DNA of 60,231 nucleotides, the filler included. It is 2 parts of 2 records of this genome, joined end to end, with 100 filler letters (N's around TTAATTAATTAA, not from the genome) between each part and the next. Parts side by side here need not be neighbours in the genome. Positions count along the whole stretch, not along the records: positions 30,050 to 60,231 come from SRR2962707_3636; 1 more part is not named here. The stretch is one strand, 5' to 3'. The notes beneath the pieces were generated by a model that saw only the letters and a list, made by a program, of their open reading frames with translations, had not been told where the DNA came from and ran no database searches. The position numbers and the translations under genes are program-made. Positions 29,950 through 39,113 of the stretch are shown in pieces (within the stretch, counting starts at the first letter, position 1; each line of letters begins with the position of its first letter).

Positions 29950-30049
29950 NNNNNNNNNNNNNNNNNNNNNNNNNNNNNNNNNNNNNNNNNNNNTTAATTA
30001 ATTAANNNNNNNNNNNNNNNNNNNNNNNNNNNNNNNNNNNNNNNNNNNN
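29950..30049. other. Artificial contig spacer (N44-TTAATTAATTAA-N44)
   Basis: 100-nt block with a six-frame stop linker at 29994-30005. Confidence 0.97.
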
Positions 30050-30050
30050 A

Positions 30051-30128
30051 AATACATTCAGCGATCAGGAAATACCGGAAGCTGTGGTTCAGATATCAAA
30101 GGAAAACGCTGAGTGTATTTTCAAATAG
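30051..30128 (+). CDS. Possible 3' end of a gene truncated by the gap
   Basis: Open frame NTFSDQEIPEAVVQISKENAECIFK* whose stop abuts the convergent permease stop. Confidence 0.35.
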   Translation, partial: NTFSDQEIPEAVVQISKENAECIFK

Positions 30129-32540
30129 CTATTCTGCTCGAAGGGTTTCGGTCGGGTTCTTGTTCGCATTGATCCATACCTGCGAAAGGATAGTTGTAAG
30201 AGCTATCGTCCCAACAATTATTAATGTCGGTATGAATATCGTGTAATCTACTGGGGCATGAGAGGCCATCTCATTAACCCAAAGCCCATTCACCCACATT
30301 GCAAAAGGAATTGCAATGAGAGAGGTTATGGTAATCATCACGAGAAATCCTTTACCCATGGATAGGGTCAGGGACTGAAATGAAGCACCCAGTACCTTTC
30401 GAATACCTATCTCTTTTACCTTGGTTTTCAATTCGAAACTAACCATTCCGAGAAAGCCCAGTCCGGTAATGGATAGCGCTATCATAGCCACATAGGCCAG
30501 GATATTCCCCAGATCGTAGAAAAACTGATAGAATTCGTCCAGTTGCTCATTTAGAAAACCTCCTTCATATTCTCTGGTTGCGTCAAAGGACGTCCATGCT
30601 TCTTGAAACTTCTTATTCTGAGCAATCATATCTTCACTTCTAACTTTAAGGTATGCGTATTCATATCTGTCAGGCATGATTCTTAAGGCAAGTGGACGTA
30701 TTGATTTCATCAATGGCTCCCAATGATAGTCTTTAACGACACCAATGATCTGCAGACCAAGTGTATCCAATGTCATTGTTTCACCTATCGCCTGACTGGC
30801 AGATTCGAATCCATACGTCTCTACAGCCGTTTGATTGATTATGAGAAACTTTTCATTTTGAGCGGAAATGTCTTTGGGGAAATTTCTACCGGCAATCAGC
30901 TCCAGTTCCATTACATCAATATAATTTGGATCGACGGAGAAATAATACAATGTAATTGGTTCCTGATCTTTTTTCCATTGAGCTCCGCCTCCATGGGACC
31001 GTCCTACTGCAGGATGATGGGAGGTAAAAGTCACATTCTCCACTCCTGAAATTGACTCGAAATGCTGTTTGATGGTAGATGGGTTCTGTTTGTGGGTATT
31101 TATATAGAAAACCTCTGATTCATTAAACCCATAATTTGAGTTGACCAAAAACTCTCCTTGCTTGTTGAGGATGAGTATGGTTACGAGCATGATAATGGAT
31201 AGACTAAATTGAACACTGATCAGCGTTCGCTTTCCGGTAAGGTGTTTGAATAGTGATCGTTTCCTTGATCTAACTCCGGAGATGCTTCCTTTTAGCGAAT
31301 TGACTGCTTTGATTTTCGACAGAAAAACAGCTGGACCAATCCCGGTAAATAGTCCTAATATTAGTGTGAATAGAATGAAATAACCGTACGTGCCAATTGA
31401 GTCCTCCAGGGATATGCCAATCATGCTAAAAATCCATATCTCATTGAATGAGACGATTAGGAAGCGATATATCAGTACCGCAAGTAGTAGGGATATGAAT
31501 GCTGTAATTACCGACTCAGTTAAAAACTGTGATATGATTTGCTTTTTGCTGGCACCATTTACTTTTCTTATCGCTATTTCCTTCGCTCGACTGAGGGCTT
31601 TGGCAATGGATAGGTTGGTATAATTGATTGAGGCGGTAACCAGAACAATGAATCCCAAAAGCCCGAAAAACACCAGTACAAACCAAGGTAAGGTGAATGC
31701 AATTTCATTGGCAGTCAATCCACCAGGAACAATATCATTCATAGACTGAAGTCGAAAAACCATTTCTTGTTCGTCCTCCTCATATTCAATTTTCTCTGCT
31801 GCAAGCTTATTAATAGCATCCTCAGCCTCATTTTTGAATGAAGGATCACTCAAAACCAAATAGTTATATCCGCTCCAGTGTTCTTTCCAGCTATTGTAGC
31901 TATCACGGACCAGATCTTTTTCTGCAAGCATTGGAAGGGTACTCAATGACCCCAATGCTTCAAATTGCATATGTGTTTTTCCAGATGGGCGTTTGACCAC
32001 ACCTGTAACCTTATAACTCCCATGGTCCTCAAATTCAATGGTCTGACCCAGCGCAGATTGATCCGGAAACAATTTTTCAGATAGCTCCTCACTCAAAACA
32101 ATGCTAAATGGTTCCAGCAATGCGTTCTTGTTTCCCTCCTTTAGTTCAAAACCAAAAACATCAAAGAATGCCTCGTCAGCATAAAGTGATTGAATGTTTA
32201 AGATCTTATGTGGAGACCTTATTTCGCCTCGGAAATAAGAGTTGAGGTTGCTGCCATCCTGGATATACGAATATCGCTCGACGAGCTCGTTTTTAAAAGG
32301 AAGGGGAGAGGAGGCATACTTTTCATCGAACGGACCCTCGTGCCCTTTGGCATCAGTGGTGATACGGTATATTCTATCGGCATGTGGATGGAATTTATCA
32401 TATTGGAAGTGATCATACACCAATAAAATCAAGACAAGGCACACAGACATACTCAGTGACAAGCCGAAAATATTTAATCCGGTGAATAGCTTGTGCTTCC
32501 ATAGATTCCTGAAAGCAATGGTAATGTAGTTCTTTAGCAT
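30129..32540 (-). CDS. MacB/FtsX-type ABC transporter permease
   Basis: 'MLKNYITIAFRNL', duplicated MacB-PCD/FtsX halves, 'KEIGIRKVLGA', 'NP.ETLRAE'. Confidence 0.92.
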   Translation of the reverse strand: MLKNYITIAFRNLWKHKLFTGLNIFGLSLSMSVCLVLILLVYDHFQYDKFHPHADRIYRITTDAKGHEGPFDEKYASSPLPFKNELVERYSYIQDGSNLNSYFRGEIRSPHKILNIQSLYADEAFFDVFGFELKEGNKNALLEPFSIVLSEELSEKLFPDQSALGQTIEFEDHGSYKVTGVVKRPSGKTHMQFEALGSLSTLPMLAEKDLVRDSYNSWKEHWSGYNYLVLSDPSFKNEAEDAINKLAAEKIEYEEDEQEMVFRLQSMNDIVPGGLTANEIAFTLPWFVLVFFGLLGFIVLVTASINYTNLSIAKALSRAKEIAIRKVNGASKKQIISQFLTESVITAFISLLLAVLIYRFLIVSFNEIWIFSMIGISLEDSIGTYGYFILFTLILGLFTGIGPAVFLSKIKAVNSLKGSISGVRSRKRSLFKHLTGKRTLISVQFSLSIIMLVTILILNKQGEFLVNSNYGFNESEVFYINTHKQNPSTIKQHFESISGVENVTFTSHHPAVGRSHGGGAQWKKDQEPITLYYFSVDPNYIDVMELELIAGRNFPKDISAQNEKFLIINQTAVETYGFESASQAIGETMTLDTLGLQIIGVVKDYHWEPLMKSIRPLALRIMPDRYEYAYLKVRSEDMIAQNKKFQEAWTSFDATREYEGGFLNEQLDEFYQFFYDLGNILAYVAMIALSITGLGFLGMVSFELKTKVKEIGIRKVLGASFQSLTLSMGKGFLVMITITSLIAIPFAMWVNGLWVNEMASHAPVDYTIFIPTLIIVGTIALTTILSQVWINANKNPTETLRAE

Positions 32541-32630
32541 CCTTTTGGTTTTTGAGTTTATTGTATGACAATGGGTAGGTTAAAGATGTTGCAGTAACAG
32601 AAAGGTTGTAAGATTTTTTTGAAACATTTG

Positions 32631-32672
32631 TTCGACATTTACGAATTATATATTAATTTCGATTTTGTCGAA
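32631..32672. promoter_or_regulatory. Paired TTCG-N7-CGAA palindromes, candidate PadR operator
   Basis: TTCGACATTTACGAA (32631-32645) and TTCGATTTTGTCGAA (32658-32672) directly upstream of the PadR gene. Confidence 0.55.
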
Positions 32673-32686
32673 TAAATAATAATACT

Positions 32687-33016
32687 ATGAAAGGAACGAA
32701 CCTGGGAGAGTTAGAAGAGATCACCTTACTGGTAGTGGCAAACCTGTATGACAATGCTTACGGCATTTTAGTCAAACAGGAAATTGAAGACCGATGCAAT
32801 AGATCCATCACTATCAGTACGGTTCACAATGTTTTGCAACGATTAAGTGATAAAGGCTTCCTGGAATCAAGGTATAGTGATCCGACTCCTGAGCGAGGGG
32901 GGAGGCGAAAGTTGCTTTTTCGTGTAACTGCAGCAGGTCAAAAAACGCTTGAAGCTTCAAAAGCTATGCGAGATGAATTATGGTCAGGTATTCCTAAGCT
33001 GGCCTTTGAAAAATGA
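32687..33016 (+). CDS. PadR family transcriptional regulator
   Basis: 'LGELEEITLL', 'AYG', 'TPERGGRRK' wing motif. Confidence 0.92.
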   Translation: MKGTNLGELEEITLLVVANLYDNAYGILVKQEIEDRCNRSITISTVHNVLQRLSDKGFLESRYSDPTPERGGRRKLLFRVTAAGQKTLEASKAMRDELWSGIPKLAFEK

Positions 33017-35682
33017 AACCTCACCCTCCTATAATATTAGAGCGACTAATTTCCACTTTTTGTAAAAAGGACTTGTGGGAATCAATTGAAGGTGACTTGT
33101 ATGAATTATTCCTCATGGACTTAAAGGAACGAGGCAAGTACCGCGCAACACTTAATTATCTCTTGAATGCCATTGCATTCCTGCGATATCATCGACTAAG
33201 AAAAACTCAAAAATCAAATACTAATATGGGACTAATGAAAAACTACATGAAGGTTTCCCTTCGTGATTTAACCAGAAGCAAGACGTTTACATCTATCAAT
33301 CTGGTCGGGTTGGTATCAGGGATGGTCGTGTCATTGTTTATGCTGCAGTACATTCTGTTTGAGTCAAACTTTGATCAATTTCATAAGGACAAAGACAACA
33401 TCTACCGGGTCATTAATGACAGGTATCAAAATGGTGAATTGATTCAGCATGGTACAATCACCTATCCTGTGATCGGTCCAACAATGAAGAAGGACTTTCC
33501 GGAGGTGGCATCATATACCCGCATGACCATGAGCACCCGAAACTATGTGAACCATGAGAATGAATTGTTTCTTGCCAGTCAAATGTTGATAGCAGATCAG
33601 TATTTTCCTTCCTTCTTCAGCTTTAAGTTTATAGAAGGCGATCCATCAACCAGCCTTGATGAACCTTTTGAAATGGTTTTAACAGAAACATTTGCGGAAT
33701 CCTTAGTGGATGAAACCGGTGCATTATCCAACCTTATCGGAGAATCTGTTAAGTTAGATTTTGGCCCCAGGCCATTTAAGATTACCGGGATTATGGAAGA
33801 TCCGCCAGTAAACTCGCATCTTCAGTTTACAATTCTCGTTTCCTATCAAACCTTTATAGAATTGGCCGGAGAGGGTGCAGATAAAAGTTGGGAATGGTCT
33901 GACTTCTATCACTATATCAAGCTGAAGGAAGGAGTAAAACCCAATAGTCTTGATTCCAAACTTGCGGATTTTGGAATCAGGTACTTTAAAGAAGGAGAGG
34001 TGTCAGGTGGAGTGGAGAAGTTTTACCTACAACCTCTGGAAAAGGCTCATTTGGATGACTCCATGGAGTATGAGATTGGTAAAGTGACAGATGGTGAAGT
34101 GATCTGGCTCATGCTATCGGTGGCCGTGTTCATCATTATCATCGCATGGGTTAATTACGTGAATTTAAATACCGGACGTGCAATACAACGAGCCAAAGAA
34201 GTGGGGGTAAGGAAATCTCTAGGAGCGACCAAATCGCAGATCATCAAGCAATTCATTATTGAAACTTTTATGATTAACCTGATAGCACTTGTACTTTCAG
34301 TAGGACTCGTCTACTTGTTTCAGCCCATGTTTAATCAGCTGATCGGATTGGAATTGAGTTTGAAGGTTTTATGGAATTCAACCATTTATAACATTCCTTT
34401 TCCTCTTTTCAGTATCGTCATTCTTTTAGTTAGTTTATCAATAGTAGCCATTTATCCGGCGTACTTAGTCACCAGATTCAGCACCCAGGACATTATTAAG
34501 GGAAGTTTTAACCTGGATGGAGAAATTAACTGGTTAAGAAAAGGCTTGGTTGTATTTCAGTTTGTAGTAGCTATCGTTTTGATCACCGGATCATTGGCAA
34601 TAAACAAGCAATTGGATTTTATGGTCAATCGTGATCTGGGTGTGGACATAAAAAACACAATGATTGTGCATGGACCGGCATATGCTGAATGGGATAGTTT
34701 ATTTATTCAGAAAGTCGACCATTTTAAAAATGACCTGGAACAGTTATCGGGTATTGAAGTGGTGACCGCTTCAACTCGAGTTATTGGTGATCGGCTGGGT
34801 CGTCTGTTCAATATAAAATCAAGTGCCGATCCTGAGGCAGACAACTTAACGATTAGCTTTATTAATACCGATCATGATTTTACTGAGTTGTATGACTTGA
34901 ACCTTGTGGCAGGTAGGGATTTTACCCTTTCGGATCACAATTTTGATGGGAGTAAAGTGAAAAACATTGTGATCAATGAATCTGCTGTGGAGCTATTGAA
35001 ATTTAAGAACTCCTTGGAAGCAGTTGGTCGATCAGTTCATTTCAGAAACAAGGACTGGACGATTATTGGGGTGGTGGAAGACTTCCATCAGCAATCTTTG
35101 CACAGTCCAATAGAGCCAGTCTTTTTAATACCTTATTATGAAACTAATCAGAACTATGCGCTAAAGCTTAGTTCTACTCCATCTGAAGGACTAATTAGTA
35201 AGGTAGAGCAATTGTATTCATCTACGTTTCCGAATAATCACTTTGATTATTACTTCCTCGAAGATCAATTCATGAATCAGTACGATTCGGATTTTAAATT
35301 AAATAAAGCAGCTCAAGTTTTCACTTTCTTATCTATTCTTATCGCGTCCCTTGGACTTTACGGTCTCGTTTTGATGACCATCATCAGACGGACGAAGGAG
35401 ATTGGTGTTAGAAAAGTGCTCGGTGCTAATTTGTTTCAAATACTCATGAAGCTGTCCCATGAATTCTTTCTACTTATTCTTATGGCAATATTAGTTGGGG
35501 TTCCTTTGAGCTACTTCTTTCTGAATCGTTGGAAGCAAGGCTATGCCTATTCAACTGATCTCGAATGGTATACACTCTTAGTCGGATCCATCATCCTATC
35601 TCTTATTTCGATCGGAACAATCCTCTTTCATGTAAGAAAAATTTCAGGTAATGATCCTGTTAAAGCTTTGAGGTCTGAGTGA
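33013..35682 (+). CDS. MacB/FtsX-type ABC permease with N-terminal permease-prefix domain
   Basis: 'PP..LERL....C...E.IEGDLYE.F' prefix followed by the permease core; overlaps the PadR stop codon. Confidence 0.9.
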   Translation: MKPHPPIILERLISTFCKKDLWESIEGDLYELFLMDLKERGKYRATLNYLLNAIAFLRYHRLRKTQKSNTNMGLMKNYMKVSLRDLTRSKTFTSINLVGLVSGMVVSLFMLQYILFESNFDQFHKDKDNIYRVINDRYQNGELIQHGTITYPVIGPTMKKDFPEVASYTRMTMSTRNYVNHENELFLASQMLIADQYFPSFFSFKFIEGDPSTSLDEPFEMVLTETFAESLVDETGALSNLIGESVKLDFGPRPFKITGIMEDPPVNSHLQFTILVSYQTFIELAGEGADKSWEWSDFYHYIKLKEGVKPNSLDSKLADFGIRYFKEGEVSGGVEKFYLQPLEKAHLDDSMEYEIGKVTDGEVIWLMLSVAVFIIIIAWVNYVNLNTGRAIQRAKEVGVRKSLGATKSQIIKQFIIETFMINLIALVLSVGLVYLFQPMFNQLIGLELSLKVLWNSTIYNIPFPLFSIVILLVSLSIVAIYPAYLVTRFSTQDIIKGSFNLDGEINWLRKGLVVFQFVVAIVLITGSLAINKQLDFMVNRDLGVDIKNTMIVHGPAYAEWDSLFIQKVDHFKNDLEQLSGIEVVTASTRVIGDRLGRLFNIKSSADPEADNLTISFINTDHDFTELYDLNLVAGRDFTLSDHNFDGSKVKNIVINESAVELLKFKNSLEAVGRSVHFRNKDWTIIGVVEDFHQQSLHSPIEPVFLIPYYETNQNYALKLSSTPSEGLISKVEQLYSSTFPNNHFDYYFLEDQFMNQYDSDFKLNKAAQVFTFLSILIASLGLYGLVLMTIIRRTKEIGVRKVLGANLFQILMKLSHEFFLLILMAILVGVPLSYFFLNRWKQGYAYSTDLEWYTLLVGSIILSLISIGTILFHVRKISGNDPVKALRSE

Positions 35683-35717
35683 TGCTAAGGAGTTTGGAAT
35701 CGATGAAGTGTAGCCTT

Positions 35718-36503
35718 TTAGAGATTGCGATCCAGAATAGCTTTCCAATCGATTTCAAACTCTTTTTCCTCAAACCCCTCCGGTAATTGATAGGAGAGTG
35801 CCCCCTCTATCCGATTTTTGGAATTAGGATGTGTGGCTATGATTTCCAAATCATCAGGATAGGTTTTTTCTTCTGCCTTGAGTTTGGTAAAAAAGTGCGC
35901 AAGGCGTGCCGGATTGATCTGCACTCTGGTCATTAGGTCATAGGCAAATTCATCCGCCTCACGTTCTTGCTTTCTATCAAATCCGGTAGAGATTAGAATC
36001 TTGGAGATTTCGGAAATCATCACTGCATCTCCACCACTAAGAACCGCCACAAGTACACTGAGTCCCAACTCTTTCATTAGCCTGTCCACAAGGTCTCCAT
36101 TTTCGTGATGACCAATCTCATGCGCCAGGATTCCGGCGACTTGCTCGGGGTTGTCGGCAAACTTCAGAAGGCCTGAAAAAACATAAATATGTCCATCTAT
36201 TGTGGCAAAAGCGTTTACCTCGCTGCTATTATCAATGAGGTGAAATTTGTATTCGTATTTTTTCTCTCGGAGAGAATCAAGCAATCTCGAGGTAATTGGC
36301 GATAGCACCTTTTCTACGGTGCTGTCAGGATAAAATACAAATTCATCCTCCAGGTCGTCCATGATCAATTCGGCCAGATCTTTTTCCCTCTCCCTGCTCA
36401 GGCGAAACTCAGAGTCAGGCAGACTCAGTGGCCGCCAGGTGAAGGCGAGCCAGATGAGACCAAAAATCAATACAAGGATCAGCAGCTCACGCCAGACTTT
36501 CAT
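35718..36503 (-). CDS. M48 family zinc metallopeptidase
   Basis: VNAFA, LAHEIGH, EREAD, ATHP...RI; N-terminal TM anchor. Confidence 0.9.
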   Translation of the reverse strand: MKVWRELLILVLIFGLIWLAFTWRPLSLPDSEFRLSREREKDLAELIMDDLEDEFVFYPDSTVEKVLSPITSRLLDSLREKKYEYKFHLIDNSSEVNAFATIDGHIYVFSGLLKFADNPEQVAGILAHEIGHHENGDLVDRLMKELGLSVLVAVLSGGDAVMISEISKILISTGFDRKQEREADEFAYDLMTRVQINPARLAHFFTKLKAEEKTYPDDLEIIATHPNSKNRIEGALSYQLPEGFEEKEFEIDWKAILDRNL

Positions 36504-36985
36504 CGAGGAGGTAAATTTTGAATTTCACTTTCATCTACATCTTTCTTTTTGAAGACCATTTCATAAGAAAGTCTTCCAAAAAACAGGAAGTAGTACATTC
36601 TTCCTTTCCTGGCTTTTACCGCGCCTACGATGCTAAAAACAAAATAGGCGAGGTTAAATATGATCGCCATAATTAAATAGCCTTTGAACGTGTCGGTTAG
36701 TTCCCAGTCGAAAAAATAAATGCGAATGCCCCAGTAAACCCCAATGGCATTGATGATCGTCGTTGGGAGCTGACTGATAAGAGACTGTAAAGAATGAAAA
36801 TGCACAAACAGGCCTTTCGACCTGTTTGTGAAATAATATACGACAGCAGCGATGAGGTTGATGATGGGTAATGGCAGGCCTATGGCCACTGATGCAAACA
36901 TCATGAGGTATGAGCCCATGGCATCATCCTTTTCGCGCTCGCTAAGTTCGTTTGGTTGTGGTATGTCGTGGTATTCGTTACTCAT
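36500..36985 (-). CDS. DUF4870-like membrane protein
   Basis: 'FVHFHSLQSL', 'SIVGAVKARKG..YYF', 3 TM helices. Confidence 0.7.
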   Translation of the reverse strand: MSNEYHDIPQPNELSEREKDDAMGSYLMMFASVAIGLPLPIINLIAAVVYYFTNRSKGLFVHFHSLQSLISQLPTTIINAIGVYWGIRIYFFDWELTDTFKGYLIMAIIFNLAYFVFSIVGAVKARKGRMYYFLFFGRLSYEMVFKKKDVDESEIQNLPPR

Positions 36986-37566
36986 GGTTTTCCTGAAAAT
37001 GGCGGATACTCATCTGTCATAAATGACATATAAACATTTACTCGGGTGCCCCAGCGAAGTGTTCCTACATTGAACTCATGCCAGCTCTGAGGGTATTCTC
37101 CAGTAAAAAGGACCACCCACCATGCTAAAAATTGCAGCACCATTGTGGCGATGGTTCGAAAGAACAGCAAAAACATGTGTGGTAGAATTACATAGATGCC
37201 ACCCAACAATGTACGGAGGATTAATATTCCTCTGCTAAGTCTCTCCGGGTACGGAATCTCTAATGTGACATAGTCGTCTTTTGCATTGATTCCGAAGGGC
37301 GGGTAGCCATCACATAGATTATAGATGCGTGCATTCACTCGCAGGTTCCATCGATAAAGACCTTCCTGAAATTCAAAAAAGCTTTGTGGGTACTTTCCGG
37401 TAAAGAGCACGATCCACCAGGAAACGAAGGATAGAATGGCACCCCACAATGACACAAAAATCAAAAGGAAAATGTGAGGCAATACTATATAGATGGCCCC
37501 AAAAAGAGTCCTCAGAAGCAACTCTCCTCGAGAGTACCGCTCCTGATACTTGATGTCTAATTTCAT
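36982..37566 (-). CDS. DUF4389 domain membrane protein
   Basis: Two internal repeats 'SRG.L.LR....LPH...WW.VLFTG.YP...RW..RVN....D.YPPF'. Confidence 0.88.
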   Translation of the reverse strand: MKLDIKYQERYSRGELLLRTLFGAIYIVLPHIFLLIFVSLWGAILSFVSWWIVLFTGKYPQSFFEFQEGLYRWNLRVNARIYNLCDGYPPFGINAKDDYVTLEIPYPERLSRGILILRTLLGGIYVILPHMFLLFFRTIATMVLQFLAWWVVLFTGEYPQSWHEFNVGTLRWGTRVNVYMSFMTDEYPPFSGKP

Positions 37567-37738
37567 TTAAGTTAAGGTTAGGTTTTGATGTAATTTAATG
37601 AGTGAATGACAATTTGAAAAAGCTGAAGTCCTGAGCGGTATCAAGTGAACACTGAATGTCCAATAGGTCTACTTAATTGGCATATATGGTATAAATGCGC
37701 TAATTTGATTGACATTAACTAATTAAACCTAACTAATT

Positions 37739-38224
37739 ATGTCAGAAAGTAAATACGCAGGATTTTGGCTCAGATTTGTAGCCTACATTATTGATTACAT
37801 TATTCTATACGTTATCAATGGTTTTGTTATCATTCCAATCCTGGCAGCTGTTGGTCTTAGCATTGGCGCTGCGAGCGAAGGCTTTGATTTTAATACCATG
37901 ACAGAAGGAGACATCATTGCAATGGGCTCGGCGATTATGGGAGCCATCTTTGCAGGAGGTGTTCTGATGTTGATTATTTCCATTTTGTACTATGCTATCA
38001 TGGAAGCAAGCAAGTACCAGGCAACCGTTGGCAAGATCGCTTTAGGATTGAAGGTCACTGACATGAATGGTAAAAAGCTGGATATTGGCAAGGCAGCCTT
38101 GAGACAGATCGGGAAAATATTATCAGGAATCATTTTACTAATAGGTTATATCATGGCAGGATTCACTGAAAAGAAACAGGCATTGCATGATATGATTGCA
38201 GGAACACTCGTTGTGAAGAAATGA
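37739..38224 (+). CDS. RDD family protein
   Basis: 'YAGFWLRFVAYIID', 'QATVGKIALGLKV', 'QALHDMIAGTLVV'. Confidence 0.95.
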   Translation: MSESKYAGFWLRFVAYIIDYIILYVINGFVIIPILAAVGLSIGAASEGFDFNTMTEGDIIAMGSAIMGAIFAGGVLMLIISILYYAIMEASKYQATVGKIALGLKVTDMNGKKLDIGKAALRQIGKILSGIILLIGYIMAGFTEKKQALHDMIAGTLVVKK

Positions 38225-38247
38225 TGGAAAGAATTTTTGATGTTGTC

Positions 38248-38280
38248 AAAACCCCGAATCAATTCGGGGTTTCTCTTTTT
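38248..38280. terminator. Bidirectional intrinsic terminator
   Basis: AAACCCCGAAT/ATTCGGGGTTT stem between convergent genes. Confidence 0.75.
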
Positions 38281-38944
38281 AAGAAATACTTATTTCTTCC
38301 TGATTATAAAGCAGGCCATAAGTTTCTCCATCATTTTCTATTACGCAGGATAAAGGGAAAGGATGAGCTTTATCGTTATTGGGAATCCAATTTTTTTGAC
38401 TGTAGTCGATGGTAATAAAAAGGCCAGTTTCCCAGCCAACAGCACAAAACCGCTCATAGTCGCCACTGAATTTTGAAAGTCCACATTCCTCTTTGAGTTG
38501 ATTGAAAGTTGATTTTACGTCTGTGACGGGTAAACCGATTTCACTTATGTGCTGAAAAGATGAAGCATCGAAGTTATCAGCAGACGGAATCTTCAAATTC
38601 TTTCTGGCGATTAACTCGACAATGTTACCTGCAGGATCGTAAAAATAAAGTGCCTCAGCGTTCCAACTTTTGAAATCCACAATCTCATCTCCGTGAAAAG
38701 GGAGAACCTTTGTTTTGCTTTTGATCCAATTCAGTGCATCACCTATTTGATAGGAGGGGATGTTGATAGCAAAATGGTAATACATGCTTTGCTCTGAGTG
38801 CTCAAAAATCAAGTTGGTTTCACCTACTTTGAGCTTTGTTGAATCTTGGTTGCTATTAAGCAACTCTATGCCAAGTAGGTCAGTATAGAATGATTCTACT
38901 TCTTTTAGCTTGGAGGTGTAGAGGGTGAGCTCCTTGATTTTCAT
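38279..38944 (-). CDS. VOC/glyoxalase family protein
   Basis: 'FYTDLLG', 'YHFAINIP', 'YFYDPAGNIVELIAR', 'ISEIGLP'. Confidence 0.88.
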   Translation of the reverse strand: MKIKELTLYTSKLKEVESFYTDLLGIELLNSNQDSTKLKVGETNLIFEHSEQSMYYHFAINIPSYQIGDALNWIKSKTKVLPFHGDEIVDFKSWNAEALYFYDPAGNIVELIARKNLKIPSADNFDASSFQHISEIGLPVTDVKSTFNQLKEECGLSKFSGDYERFCAVGWETGLFITIDYSQKNWIPNNDKAHPFPLSCVIENDGETYGLLYNQEEISIS

Positions 38945-38959
38945 TTACAATTAAGATAC

Positions 38960-38987
38960 AAAAAAAGCCCCAAATTGCTTTGGGGCT
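38960..38987 (-). terminator. Intrinsic terminator (sRNA / ptrB 3' end)
   Basis: AGCCCCAAA/TTTGGGGCT stem followed by a T-tract on the minus strand. Confidence 0.85.
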
Positions 38988-39048
38988 AAATCTATCAGCT
39001 CTTAAAATAGTTTAACCTAATCGTATTATGAGAGTGGTGATAGATTGT
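38960..39048 (-). ncRNA. Candidate ~90-nt small RNA (two hairpins, ECF-type promoter)
   Basis: ATAACC-N16-CGTGTAA upstream (39081-39053), long stem AATCTATCA/TGATAGATT with loop CGATTAGGTTAAAC, then a terminator hairpin with a 7-T tract. Confidence 0.55.
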
Positions 39049-39113
39049 TCGGTTACACGTATAGAATGCTTAAAGGGTTATCATTTGATAAGAAAAATTG
39101 AAACATTTTTTAT

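Noticed and set aside
29994-30005. TTAATTAATTAA palindrome as a biological site
   Set aside because: Synthetic linker embedded in Ns.
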